The notes: generated by a model from the sequence alone, not told the origin. A stretch of 64,000 bases of DNA from Acidobacteriota bacterium (GCA_019244185.1 JAFATB010000006.1:288001-352000); one strand, 5' to 3'. Shown: positions 22,424 to 36,897, numbered from the stretch's first letter. Program-made: numbers and translations.

Positions 22424-24898
22424 TCAGCGGCCGTTGTCCCCGAAGATGCGCCGCAGCAAACGCCGGATCGAGTTCTCTTTTTCCTTCGCCTTCTTCTTCT
22501 GCTCCTCGGCACGCCGCGCCGCGTCGGCCGCGTCCGAGACCGGCGGCGGCGGTGGCAGCGTGCGCTCGCCCGTCAGCACCGGCGGCTCCGGCCAGAACGG
22601 ACTCGGCTCGCCGCTGCCGGCGTGCAGCGGACAGACCGACTGCGGCTCGGTGCCGGCGACGAAGACTTCGCTGCGCGTCTGCGGGCAATACGGCGTGGCG
22701 AGCATGCCCGACTCCGGGTCGATCTCGCGCGTGGTTACGTCCTCGGGGCGCCGCCAGTCGACGTCCGGCACCGCGCCGTCGATGCGGTTCATGTGGCGCG
22801 TCCAGATCGGCAGGCACGCGTCGCCGCCCGCGAGGCGCACGCTGTGGCCGTCGTCGAAGCCGATCCAGATCAGCGACAGGATGCGCGGCGAGTAGCCGAT
22901 GATCCACGCGTCGCGATAGTTGCTCGTCGTGCCGGTCTTGCCGGCGTACGCGCGCGTCACGCCGAGCGAATGCGCGCGGCCCGCGGTGCCGTACGTGAAG
23001 ACGTCCTTGAGGATGTCGTTCATCACGTAGCAGACCGACGCGGGCGCGACGCGCTTCATCTTCACGTTGCGCGTTTCGAGGAGTTGGCCGTCGCGCGTGA
23101 CGACGGCGAGGATCGACACCGGTTCTGCTTTCACGCCGAGGTTGGCGAAGACGGAGTAGGCGTAGGCGATCTCGAGCGGCGTGACTTCGAACGAGCCGAG
23201 CGCCATCGACGGATACGGCTCGAGCTTCGACTCGACGCCGATCGCGGTCGCGGTCTTGATCACGTTCGGCACGCCCGCATCGATCGCCGCGCGCACCGCG
23301 GGGATGTTGTACGAATGCGCGAGCGCCTCGCGCACGGTGACGCGGCCGTGGAAGCGGTTGTCGTAATTCTGCGGACGCCACACCGCGGCGCCGGCCTGAA
23401 TCGCGATCGGCGAGTCGTCGAGCACCGTCGACGCGGTGAGCGCCTGCTCGTGCCGCGCGGGATCCATCGCCGTCACGTAGACGAACGGCTTGAAGAGCGA
23501 TCCCGGCTGGCGGCGCGCCTGAATGGCGCGGTTGAACTGCGTCTTCGAGTAATTGCGTCCGCCGACGAGCGCCTTCACGTAGCCGGTGCCCGGCTGGATC
23601 GTGACGATCACGCCTTCGAGCGGCGTGTCGGACTTCTTGATGTGCTTGTAGCGCTTCGTGAGATCGCCGATGCCGTAGTCGAGCGCCTCTTCGGCGGAGC
23701 GCTGCATGATCGTGTCGAGGGTCGTGAAGATGCGCAGGCCTTCGGTCTTCAGCTGCGTCTCGGGATACGTCTCGCGCAGTTGCTTGAGCACGAGGTCCAC
23801 GAAGAACGGCGCGCTGCGCGACGTCTTCGGAAAGCGCGCGGTCGCGAGCGGCGAGGCCGCGGCCTCTTCGAACTCGCGGTCGCTGATCTTCTGCTGGTCG
23901 TGCATCAGCTTCAGCACGACGTCGCGACGCGGCTTCGCGCGCTCCGGATACTTGAGCGGCGAGAGCATGTTCGGCGAGTGGATCATCCCCGCCAGCGTCG
24001 CCGCCTCGGGCAGCGTCAGATACGTCACGTGCTTGCCGAAGTAGACCTGCGACGCCTGCTCGACGCCGATGATCTGCACCGAGCCGTTCTGCCCGAGGTA
24101 GATCTCGTTGAGGTAGGCCTCGAGGATTTCGTTTTTCGAGTAGCGCGCCTCGAGCAGCACCGCCATCAGCGCCTCGTGCGCCTTGCGGCGGAACGTGCGC
24201 TGCGGATTGAGAAAGAGATTCTTCACGAGCTGCTGCGTGAGCGTCGAGCCGCCTTCCGCGAGCGACTTGCTGCGCAGATCGTTGACCAGCGCGCGCAGCG
24301 TGCCGCGGATGGAGATGCCCTGATGCGAATAGAAGCTGCGATCTTCGGTGGCGATGATCGCGTCGATCAGCACTTTCGGGACGGCTTCGACGGAGACCGG
24401 CACGCGGTCTTCCATCTCGTTGTTGTAGATCGACGTGATCAGCTCCGGCTCGAGCCGCACGCCGCGCAGCGTCACGCCGTCGGTGAGGCGCTTCACGCCG
24501 CGGATCGTCGTCGCGCCGTCCATCTCCACGAGCACCGGCATGGCGTGGAACTCCATGTCCGGATACTCGAAGTTGTTGAGATAGAGCTCGAGATCGTCGC
24601 CGGCGTAGCGGTACTCGCCGGGATTCTCGACGCGCTTGTGCACCTCGTGATAGCCGACGTGGTTGAGCTTCGGCTCGAGCAGCGCGCGCGGATAGCGCAT
24701 GCCGGGGACGAGCGGCGTGGCGTCGGAGTAGACGCGGCTCGGCAGATCCCAGCGCCGCGACGAATCGAACTTCTTCGTGATGACGATGTACGTGTAGCCG
24801 ACGAAGCCGATGAACGCGACGAACAGCGCCATCGCGACCATGGCCAGGCCGGCGGAATGCCGCCAGAGGAAGTCCTTGAAGCGGGATCGATTGGCCAT
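22424..24898 (-). CDS. mrcB: Class A penicillin-binding protein (PBP1B-like)
   Basis: TM, UB2H-like region, EDRSF, GGSTLTQQLVKN, YLNEIYLG, SLFK, SYN, KTG. Confidence 0.88.
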   Translation of the reverse strand: MANRSRFKDFLWRHSAGLAMVAMALFVAFIGFVGYTYIVITKKFDSSRRWDLPSRVYSDATPLVPGMRYPRALLEPKLNHVGYHEVHKRVENPGEYRYAGDDLELYLNNFEYPDMEFHAMPVLVEMDGATTIRGVKRLTDGVTLRGVRLEPELITSIYNNEMEDRVPVSVEAVPKVLIDAIIATEDRSFYSHQGISIRGTLRALVNDLRSKSLAEGGSTLTQQLVKNLFLNPQRTFRRKAHEALMAVLLEARYSKNEILEAYLNEIYLGQNGSVQIIGVEQASQVYFGKHVTYLTLPEAATLAGMIHSPNMLSPLKYPERAKPRRDVVLKLMHDQQKISDREFEEAAASPLATARFPKTSRSAPFFVDLVLKQLRETYPETQLKTEGLRIFTTLDTIMQRSAEEALDYGIGDLTKRYKHIKKSDTPLEGVIVTIQPGTGYVKALVGGRNYSKTQFNRAIQARRQPGSLFKPFVYVTAMDPARHEQALTASTVLDDSPIAIQAGAAVWRPQNYDNRFHGRVTVREALAHSYNIPAVRAAIDAGVPNVIKTATAIGVESKLEPYPSMALGSFEVTPLEIAYAYSVFANLGVKAEPVSILAVVTRDGQLLETRNVKMKRVAPASVCYVMNDILKDVFTYGTAGRAHSLGVTRAYAGKTGTTSNYRDAWIIGYSPRILSLIWIGFDDGHSVRLAGGDACLPIWTRHMNRIDGAVPDVDWRRPEDVTTREIDPESGMLATPYCPQTRSEVFVAGTEPQSVCPLHAGSGEPSPFWPEPPVLTGERTLPPPPPVSDAADAARRAEEQKKKAKEKENSIRRLLRRIFGDNGR

Positions 24899-24983
24899 CA
24901 GGTTCGTCCGTCAGCGTAACAAACAACGAAGGCGGCCGGATGCCCGGCCGCCTTGGGGAAGGCAAACGTCTGGTCGCGCGGCG

Positions 24984-26543
<1,560 letters not shown>

Positions 26544-26558
26544 GGTGTCCTCGGCTTC

Positions 26559-27140
26559 TCAGAGTCGCGCGACGATCTCGCGCCGGATCTCGTCGATTCC
26601 TTTTTTCGTTACGGCCGACGCCGCGATCAGTTGCGCGTCGTCGACTTCGAGTGTTCGTGCAATCTCCCGCCGCTGCGTGGCGAGCTGGTTGTTGGATAGC
26701 TTGTCGCTCTTGGTCAGCACGATGCGCTCGTCGACGTCCGTCAGCGCGCGTGCCCACTCGTGCATCGTCAGGTCCTGTTCGGCCGGTTCGCGCCGGACGT
26801 CGAGCAGCAGAAAGATCAGCCGCAGGTCCTCGGCTTCCTCGAGGTATCCGCGGATCAGGTCACCCCACGTGCGCAGGACGCTTTTCGGCACCTTCGCGTA
26901 GCCGTAGCCCGGGAGGTCGACCAGATAAAACTTTTCGTTGATGAGATAGAACTGAATCGCCTGGGTCTTGCCGGGCGTCTGGCTGACGCGGGCAATGCCC
27001 TTGCGATGAAGCACGGCATTGATCAGCGACGACTTGCCGACGTTCGATCGACCCACCATCGCGAACTGCGGTCTGCGATCGCGCGGAAAATCGCCAGGGT
27101 GGTACGCCGCCCGAGAAAACGTGACTGACCGGATGTCCAC
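26559..27140 (-). CDS. engB: GTP-binding protein EngB/YihA/YsxC
   Basis: GRSNVGKSS, SQTPGKT, DLPGYG, TKSDK. Confidence 0.95.
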   Translation of the reverse strand: MDIRSVTFSRAAYHPGDFPRDRRPQFAMVGRSNVGKSSLINAVLHRKGIARVSQTPGKTQAIQFYLINEKFYLVDLPGYGYAKVPKSVLRTWGDLIRGYLEEAEDLRLIFLLLDVRREPAEQDLTMHEWARALTDVDERIVLTKSDKLSNNQLATQRREIARTLEVDDAQLIAASAVTKKGIDEIRREIVARL

Positions 27141-27261
27141 GCGAATTGTACTTGCTGGTTTGCTGAACTACGGATATCCGGCGATGCGGATATTTGAGAA
27201 AAGCCGGTGTGGCGAACTGCGAAGGAAACCTGAAGATCTGACTTGTCGGTGAACGCGGGAG

Positions 27262-27290
27262 ATTGTGAGGATATTCGCCCGCGCTGTCAA
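27262..27290 (-). promoter_or_regulatory. Sigma70-type promoter for engB-rho
   Basis: Minus strand TTGACA (27290-27285), 17 nt, CACAAT (27267-27262), just downstream of the lon terminator. Confidence 0.65.
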
Positions 27291-27304
27291 TGAACGGTGT
27301 TGTG

Positions 27305-27331
27305 AAAACGGCGGGCCGGAGCCCGCCGTTT

Positions 27332-27332
<1 letters not shown>
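27305..27332 (-). terminator. Intrinsic terminator after lon
   Basis: AAAACGGCGGGC-CGGA-GCCCGCCGTTTT perfect hairpin with T-tracts on both strands. Confidence 0.8.
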
Positions 27333-29728
<2,396 letters not shown>

Positions 29729-29777
29729 GTTCGTGTCTCTTATACAGCGGTGAGGGGGCAAATGCTTCCCGATACAG

Positions 29778-29805
29778 GAAGGGCCGCGTGAAGCCGCGGC
29801 CCTTC
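29778..29805 (-). terminator. Stem-loop between clpX and lon
   Basis: GAAGGGCCGCG-TGAAGC-CGCGGCCCTTC, 11-bp stem; weak U-tract. Confidence 0.5.
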
Positions 29806-29830
29806 GCTCGGATGAACAACTTCGTATTCC

Positions 29831-31081
<1,251 letters not shown>

Positions 31082-31117
31082 TTCCGATTGGGTCCTTTTT
31101 GTGAGCTCGTCGAAGAG

Positions 31118-31146
31118 ATTGAACTCCTCGGCGTCGCCCAAGTCAA
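31118..31146 (-). promoter_or_regulatory. Putative sigma70 promoter for clpX-lon
   Basis: Minus strand TTGACT (31146-31141), 17 nt, TTCAAT (31123-31118). Confidence 0.5.
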
Positions 31147-31186
31147 CTCGGCCCCGGCGAGGCGCATTCCACGCGAGGAAGAGCCC

Positions 31187-33226
31187 TCAGCGCGGCAGCA
31201 CCGAACGCCGCCGTGGCGGCGACGGAATGTCGATGCTCCACAAGCCCCGGCTCCAGACCGAGGCCCACAGCGTCGACGTGCCCGGAGCGAATTGCAGTTG
31301 CGGAATGCGCGCGCTTCCGGCGATCCCGTCCGCCTGCACCCACGTCGCGCCACCGTCCGCCGTACCGTACAGTCCGGAGCTCCCTCCGACGAACCAATAG
31401 TCCGCGCGCCGCGGATGCCGCGCGAAGTCGAGCAGCCCGCCGCCACCGATGCCGTTTCGCCATGCGACCGGCGCGGTGGCGGTCGCATCCTTCCACGTCG
31501 CGCCGCCGTCGCGCGAGACCTGCAGCGACTTCGTGAGCAGCACGTACAGCGTCTTCGGATCGTCCGCATCGACGACGACTTTCACGAGCGGACCGAGACT
31601 GCGGTCGAACTGCGCGACGCGCGTCCACTCCGGCGCGTCCGCGAGCGCGTTGCGCGTGCGATACAGCTCGCGCGTGCTGTCGCCGGTGTAGACGACGTTC
31701 GAGTCGCCGGGCTGCACCGCGATCGCTGCCATCGCGATCTCGCCGCTGTACGTGCGGACCGTCGTGATCTTCCGCGGCAGCGCGCTCTGGATGCCGTCGA
31801 GCCGCAGGAGCTGCGAGCTGCCGATGAACATGCGCGACGATTCATTCGGATCGATCGTCCAGGCGGCGTAGAACGGATCCGTCCCGCTGCGCCGCGAATC
31901 CGCGAAGATCGTCTGCGGCGGCCACTTCGTGACGACCGCGCCCGGCGTCGCACCGAAGCCGAAGATCGAGACAAAGTACGCGCGGTCGTCGAGCGGATCG
32001 AACGCGATGCGGAACACGTCGCCGTCGCCGAGGTGCTCGGCGGTCGTCTCGCCGATCTCCAGCACGCCGAGACCGGTGTCCTGCATGCCGAACGCGACGC
32101 GTCCGCTGCGATGGATGTCGAACGCGTAGATCTGCGCATTGACGAGTCCCATCGTGAGGTGCTGCCAGGCGATGTGCGGCGCGGTGATGTCGTCGGTGCG
32201 GTAGATGCCGCCGTCGCCCCAGACGAAGACGCGGCGGTTCGTCGTGCCGTCGAACGCGGGATCGGCGGCCACGCCGTGCACGTCCGCATGCGGCTCCTGA
32301 TTGAGGCCGTCGGCACCGTACGCCGCCTCGCTCGTTCTTCCGCCGTCGAGGCTGCGCCCGAGCACGATTGCACCGGTGACGATCACGTCGCGCGGCGCGA
32401 CGAGCAGCGCGGCCACGCGCAGCGTGTAGCCGTACGTCGGCGTGGTGCCGAGGAGCGTGAAGCTCGCGCCGTCGTCATCGGAGCGCAGCAGTTTCTCATC
32501 GAGCGTGCCGGTGCGCGTCGCATACGCCACGATCGACGTGCTGCCCGGAACGTATTCGAGCGCGAGACCGTCGATTTCCGCGTCGAGCCCGCCGGTGGAG
32601 GTCCACGTCTCGCCGCCGTCTTTCGTCACGAGACCGCCGACGTGACCGCTGCTGGTGCCGACGGCCGCGACCGCGCGCAGCGGATCGCTCGGATGAAACC
32701 GTACTTTCGTGAAATAGGTCGTGTTGTCGACGATGTAGTGCTGCCACGTCGCGCCGCCGTCGCGCGAGAGCTCGATGCCGCTGAGGCGCGCGACGAGCAC
32801 GCGCGATCCGTCGGCGGAAACCGCGACGGAGAACACCTGCCACCCCGCCGTCGCGGGCAGCAGCGTCCAGGTCGCGCCGCGGTCGTCGCTGCGAAAGAGT
32901 CCGCGCGGCGACACGTAGCCGCCCGCGTACAACACGTCGTGGTGCACCGGATCGCGCTCGAGGCAGCTGACGTTCAGCCCGTCGAACGCCGCGAGCGACC
33001 ACGTCGCGCCGGCGTCGCCGCTCGCCCAGATTCCGCCGGCGGTTGCGGCGAGATATCGGTTCGCGTCGTCGGGATCGAAGACGAACGCGTTGACGACGCC
33101 GCTCAGGTCCGACGGCCCGCGCGACACCCACGCGTGTCCCGAAAACGGCGACGACGCTGCATCGAGATGCAGCGTCGTCAGCGTGAGCACCGCCGTTACG
33201 ACCACAACGTGCAGCGCGCGCGTCAT
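31187..33226 (-). CDS. Secreted BNR/Asp-box beta-propeller protein (VPS10/Ycf48/GH74-like)
   Basis: Signal peptide; many S-x-D-x-G-x-T-W boxes; HADVH; ends PSPPRRRSVLPR. Confidence 0.85.
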   Translation of the reverse strand: MTRALHVVVVTAVLTLTTLHLDAASSPFSGHAWVSRGPSDLSGVVNAFVFDPDDANRYLAATAGGIWASGDAGATWSLAAFDGLNVSCLERDPVHHDVLYAGGYVSPRGLFRSDDRGATWTLLPATAGWQVFSVAVSADGSRVLVARLSGIELSRDGGATWQHYIVDNTTYFTKVRFHPSDPLRAVAAVGTSSGHVGGLVTKDGGETWTSTGGLDAEIDGLALEYVPGSTSIVAYATRTGTLDEKLLRSDDDGASFTLLGTTPTYGYTLRVAALLVAPRDVIVTGAIVLGRSLDGGRTSEAAYGADGLNQEPHADVHGVAADPAFDGTTNRRVFVWGDGGIYRTDDITAPHIAWQHLTMGLVNAQIYAFDIHRSGRVAFGMQDTGLGVLEIGETTAEHLGDGDVFRIAFDPLDDRAYFVSIFGFGATPGAVVTKWPPQTIFADSRRSGTDPFYAAWTIDPNESSRMFIGSSQLLRLDGIQSALPRKITTVRTYSGEIAMAAIAVQPGDSNVVYTGDSTRELYRTRNALADAPEWTRVAQFDRSLGPLVKVVVDADDPKTLYVLLTKSLQVSRDGGATWKDATATAPVAWRNGIGGGGLLDFARHPRRADYWFVGGSSGLYGTADGGATWVQADGIAGSARIPQLQFAPGTSTLWASVWSRGLWSIDIPSPPRRRSVLPR

Positions 33227-33236
33227 GGGAGTGGCG

Positions 33237-33824
33237 TCAGTCGCGCTTCGCGATCACCTGATCGACGAGGCCGTACTCCTGCGCCTGCGGCGCCTGCAGG
33301 ATGTAGTCGCGGTCCGTGTCCTTGTCGATCTTCTCGATCGGCTGGCCGGTGTGGTTGGCGAGGATGGAGTTGAGGCGCGCCTTCATCTGCATGATGTCGC
33401 GCGCGTGGATGTCGATCTCGGTGGCTTGTCCGCCGAGGCCGTGCATGAGCGGCTGGTGGATGAGGACGCGCGAGTTCGGGAGGCAGTAGCGCTTCCCCTT
33501 CGTGCCGCACGCGAGCAGCACCGCGGCCATCGACGCCGCCTGACCGATGCAGATCGTGGCGATGTCGGGCTTCACGTATTGCATGGTGTCGTAAATCGCG
33601 AGGCCGGCCGTGATGGAGCCGCCCGGCGAGTTGATGTAGATCGAGATGTCCTTCTCCGGGTTCTCGGCCTCGAGGAAGAGCAGCTGCGCGATGATGAGGT
33701 TGGAGACGTTGTCGTCGATCGGCTGGCCGAGGAAAATGACGTTGTCTTTGAGGAGGCGCGAGTAGATGTCGTACGCGCGTTCGCCGCGCGACGTCTGCTC
33801 GACCACCATCGGGATGAGGACCAT
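33237..33824 (-). CDS. clpP: ATP-dependent Clp protease proteolytic subunit
   Basis: [29 protein letters not shown]; start MVLIPMV at 33824 with AGGAG RBS. Confidence 0.98.
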   Translation of the reverse strand: MVLIPMVVEQTSRGERAYDIYSRLLKDNVIFLGQPIDDNVSNLIIAQLLFLEAENPEKDISIYINSPGGSITAGLAIYDTMQYVKPDIATICIGQAASMAAVLLACGTKGKRYCLPNSRVLIHQPLMHGLGGQATEIDIHARDIMQMKARLNSILANHTGQPIEKIDKDTDRDYILQAPQAQEYGLVDQVIAKRD

Positions 33825-33877
33825 GGGGATGAATCTCCTTTGCGAGAGGGATTCTATGCGAAGGGGGAGAGGGGACC

Positions 33878-33985
33878 GAAAAGCTGAATGAAGAACGCAG
33901 AACGCAGAATGAAGAATTGAGAATGAGAGACCGCGCGGGCGGGGGCTTCTCAATTCTTCGTTCTGCGTTCTTCATTCAGCTTTTC
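33878..33985. repeat. Heptamer-built palindromic element, copy 1 (tig/clpP spacer)
   Basis: GAAAAGCT GAATGAA GAACGCA GAACGCA GAATGAA GAATTGA GAA, GC-rich loop, then an inverted arm with one fewer unit; overlaps the tig stop codon. Confidence 0.92.
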
Positions 33986-35255
33986 AGCGCGTCCGCGCCT
34001 CCTTCAACACCACCTCCAGCGCCCGGTCCTGCGCCATGCTCGCGCGCAGCGCCTCGTAGCCGCCGTCGTGCTTGAGGTGGTGCTTGACGTCGGCGAACTC
34101 GCGGTCCTGCTCGCGCGCCGCGCGGCGGATCTCCGCGTCGACTTCGACGTCGCTGACGGTGATGTTCTCCTTGCGCGCGATGGCCTCGAGAATCAGGCCG
34201 CGCTTGACGCGCTTGACGGCTTCCGGCCGGAACTCTTCGCCGATCTTCCGCCAGTCCATTTCTACGTTCTGTAGATCGACGCCCTGCGACGCGAGATAGC
34301 GCGCGTAGTTGTTGAGCGACTTCCCGAGCTCTTCTTCGACCAGCGCCTCCGGCACGTCGAACGGATGCGCGGACACGAGCTTCTCGCCGAGTTGATTGCG
34401 CTTGAACCGCAGCGCCTCGGCTTCGCGGTGGCGGCGGATGTCGGCTTCGATCGTCGAGCGCATCTGCTCGACGCTCTCCCAGCCGCCGACGCTGTTCGCG
34501 AACGCGGCGTCGACGTCCGGCTTCTCCTGCACGCGGATCTCTTTGAGCGTCACGTCGTGATGCACGGTCTTGCCGCGCCACGCTTCCTGATTCGCGTCTT
34601 CGCCGTATGCCTTGTCGAACGAGGCGGTGTCGCCGGCCTTCTTGCCGCGCAGCGCGTCGTGCAGCTCGGGGAGCGGCGTCTCCTCGCCCATCTTGAAGTG
34701 ACCCTGATCGGTCTTCGGCTCGATGTCTTCGCCCGACGAGGCGATCTCGATCACCGCGAAGTCGCCCTCATCGAGGCCGCGCTCGGACTCGATGCGATAG
34801 CTGCTGGCCTGATCGCGCAGGCGCTCGATCATCGACTCGACGTCGTTCTCCAGGACCTCGATCTTCGGCTCGTCGATCTCGAGGCCGCGGTACTCGCCGA
34901 GCTCGATCTGCGGCTTGACTTCGAACTTCGCCTTGAACTTCATCGGCGCGCCGTCGATGAAGGGATCGAGGTGCTCGAGCTGCGGCTCGCCGACCGGCTC
35001 GAGGCCTTTGTCGCGCACGACGTCACGGAAGCTCTGGCCGAGGACGCGCTGGACGACCTCTTCCTGAATCTCTTTCGCGAACCGCGTCCGCACCACGCTC
35101 GCCGGCACTTTGCCGGGCCGGAAGCCGGGCACCTTCGCCTGGCGGCCGAACTCGGACGTCACCTTGTTCGCCTCACGCGAGAGCAGATCGGCCGGAATTT
35201 CGACCTCGACGGACTTCTGGACGGGAGAGAGATCTTCGAAATTGAGGACTGTCAT
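33984..35255 (-). CDS. tig: Trigger factor
   Basis: VPGFRPGKVP signature; position in the tRNA-Leu-tig-clpP-clpX-lon arrangement. Confidence 0.95.
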   Translation of the reverse strand: MTVLNFEDLSPVQKSVEVEIPADLLSREANKVTSEFGRQAKVPGFRPGKVPASVVRTRFAKEIQEEVVQRVLGQSFRDVVRDKGLEPVGEPQLEHLDPFIDGAPMKFKAKFEVKPQIELGEYRGLEIDEPKIEVLENDVESMIERLRDQASSYRIESERGLDEGDFAVIEIASSGEDIEPKTDQGHFKMGEETPLPELHDALRGKKAGDTASFDKAYGEDANQEAWRGKTVHHDVTLKEIRVQEKPDVDAAFANSVGGWESVEQMRSTIEADIRRHREAEALRFKRNQLGEKLVSAHPFDVPEALVEEELGKSLNNYARYLASQGVDLQNVEMDWRKIGEEFRPEAVKRVKRGLILEAIARKENITVSDVEVDAEIRRAAREQDREFADVKHHLKHDGGYEALRASMAQDRALEVVLKEARTR

Positions 35256-35273
35256 GGATTGGGTCTCGTTCTG

Positions 35274-35382
35274 AAAAGCTGAATGAAGAATGCAGAACGC
35301 AGAATGAAGAATTGAGAAAGCGCGCCGGTCGCCTCCTTTCTACGTTCTTCATTCTGCGTTCTGCATTCTTCATTCAGCTTTT
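35274..35382. repeat. Heptamer-built palindromic element, copy 2 (tRNA-Leu/tig spacer)
   Basis: AAAAGCT GAATGAA GAATGCA GAACGCA GAATGAA GAATTGA GAAAG, 15-nt loop, near-perfect 47-bp inverted arm. Confidence 0.93.
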
Positions 35383-35388
35383 GGTCTT

Positions 35389-35474
35389 TGGTGCGAAAGG
35401 TGGGACTCGAACCCACACGGCTTTGGGCCACTGGATCCTAAGTCCAGCGCGTCTGCCAATTCCGCCACTTTCGC
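35389..35474 (-). tRNA. tRNA-Leu (anticodon TAG)
   Basis: GCGAAAGTGGCGGAATTGGCAGACGCGCTGGACTTAGGATCCAG...GGTTCGAGTCCCACCTTTCGCACCA; long variable arm, encoded CCA. Confidence 0.96.
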
Positions 35475-35512
35475 GCGCGGGCGAGTCTATCGAATTTTTC
35501 GCGAGGAGGAGT

Positions 35513-35588
35513 TGGTGCCCCCACCAGGACTCGAACCTGGAACCAACGGATTAAGAGTCCGCTGCTCTACCAATTGAGCTATGGAGGC
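35513..35588 (-). tRNA. tRNA-Lys (anticodon CTT)
   Basis: GCCTCCATAGCTCAATTGGTAGAGCAGCGGACTCTTAATCCGTTGGTTCCAGGTTCGAGTCCTGGTGGGGGCACCA, 76 nt. Confidence 0.96.
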
Positions 35589-35620
35589 GCGAGAGCCCCG
35601 CGTACAACAAGCGGGAGCGC

Positions 35621-35649
35621 AAACTATTTCGGTTGCCGGTTCCTGTCAA
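35621..35649 (-). promoter_or_regulatory. Sigma70 promoter for the tRNA pair
   Basis: Minus strand TTGACA (35649-35644), 17 nt, TAGTTT (35626-35621), followed by a GC-rich discriminator. Confidence 0.65.
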
Positions 35650-36212
35650 GCCTGCGCGAGCGGCTCGTCGGTGAGGAGCTGACTGGCGCGCCGCAGATAG
35701 CCCCAACCCGAGAAAAGCGTCGTCACCACGGAGACGTGAAAGAGCACGTCCGCGAGCCGCTCCACCTGCGGAAGAAAGCCGTTCGCCGCGATCGCCGCGC
35801 CGAGCGTCGCGGCCTGCACCATCGTCGAAATCTTCCCCGCCGCCGACGGCGGAAAGCGCGTCACGCGGATGCGCGTGTAGAGCAGATACACGAACACCAC
35901 GATGAGGAAGTCGCGCGCGAACACCGTGAACGTGAGCCAGCCCGGAATGGCCACGCGCGGCAGCACGCTGCTGAACGTGTAGTAGAGAAAGCCGCAGATC
36001 ATCAGCGTCTTGTCGGCCAGCGGATCGAGCAGCGCGCCGATGCGCGAGCGCACGTTGAAGCGGCGCGCGATCGCGCCGTCGAAGATGTCCGTCACCGCCG
36101 CGGTCACGAACAGCACGAACGCGAGCGTGTACATGCGCTGCATCGACGCCACCAGAAAACAGGGGACGAGCACGAGGCGCAGCGACGTCAGAAGATTCGG
36201 GATGTGGCGCAA
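35646..36212 (-). CDS. CDP-alcohol phosphatidyltransferase (PgsA-like)
   Basis: IPNLLTSLR, DIFDGAIAR...SRIGALLDPLADK. Confidence 0.92.
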   Translation of the reverse strand: MRHIPNLLTSLRLVLVPCFLVASMQRMYTLAFVLFVTAAVTDIFDGAIARRFNVRSRIGALLDPLADKTLMICGFLYYTFSSVLPRVAIPGWLTFTVFARDFLIVVFVYLLYTRIRVTRFPPSAAGKISTMVQAATLGAAIAANGFLPQVERLADVLFHVSVVTTLFSGWGYLRRASQLLTDEPLAQA

Positions 36213-36216
36213 AGAA

Positions 36217-36897
36217 TCACAGCTCGGAACGGAACTGATCGAGTGCCGTCTTCCGCAGGTAGATGGTCTTGCCTTCCGACAGCAGCAGGTTCTGGCGCAT
36301 CAGATCGTGGATCAGCCGCGACACGGTCTCGCGCGAAGTGCCGATCATGTTCGCGATCGACTGGTGCGTCGGCCGCGTCACCGCGACGTAGCCGTTGTCG
36401 AGCACCTTCCCCTGATCCTTCGCCAGATCGAGAAAGAAGCGCGCGAGCCGGCCGTAGACGTCCATCGTCGCCAGCGACTCGATGCGGTTCGACGCGTTGC
36501 GCAGCCGCCGCGAGATCTCGGCGAGCACTTTCTTGGCGATCGAGAAGTTCTCCGCGAGGATCTGCAGGAAGTCGCTGCGCCAGATCGTCACGAGCTCGAG
36601 CGGCTCGGTGGCCATGACCGTCGCCGAGCGCGGCTCGTCGTCGAGCAGCGCCATCTCGCCGAAGAAGTCGCCCGGCCCCAGCAGCGACAGGATGATCTCC
36701 TTCCCTTCCGGCGAGATCATCGTGACCTTCACCTGCCCTTCGCGAATGAGGCAGAACACGTCGCCGCTCTCGTCCGCGTGGAACACGACGTCGTCCTTCG
36801 CGTAGCGGCGCGTCTTCGCCACGGCGGCGATCGACGCGAGCTCGCGGTCGTCGAGATCCGCGAACAGCGGGAACTTCCGAAAGAAGGAAGGCTGCAT
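36217..36897 (-). CDS. Crp/Fnr family transcriptional regulator
   Basis: FFGEMALL..PRSAT cNMP-binding motif; IANMIGTSRETVSR HTH. Confidence 0.95.
   Translation of the reverse strand: MQPSFFRKFPLFADLDDRELASIAAVAKTRRYAKDDVVFHADESGDVFCLIREGQVKVTMISPEGKEIILSLLGPGDFFGEMALLDDEPRSATVMATEPLELVTIWRSDFLQILAENFSIAKKVLAEISRRLRNASNRIESLATMDVYGRLARFFLDLAKDQGKVLDNGYVAVTRPTHQSIANMIGTSRETVSRLIHDLMRQNLLLSEGKTIYLRKTALDQFRSEL

Noticed and set aside
29734-29746. TGTCTCTTATACA matches 13 of the 19 nt of the Tn5/Nextera mosaic end
   Set aside because: The match is partial, lies in the RBS region of lon, and clpX-lon synteny is intact, so it is probably coincidental. Read mapping would exclude an adapter remnant.
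33223-33975. ORFs starting MKNAERR... (also 35173-35373 and 62497-62802)
   Set aside because: Artefacts of reading through the heptamer palindromes; no coding signal beyond the repeat.
33878-35382. Palindromic repeats as a CRISPR array
   Set aside because: Copies are dispersed, lack regular repeat-spacer periodicity, and no cas genes are present.
35389-35588. tRNAs as an integration site for a genomic island
   Set aside because: No integrase, no duplicated tRNA 3' end, and the flanks are housekeeping genes.
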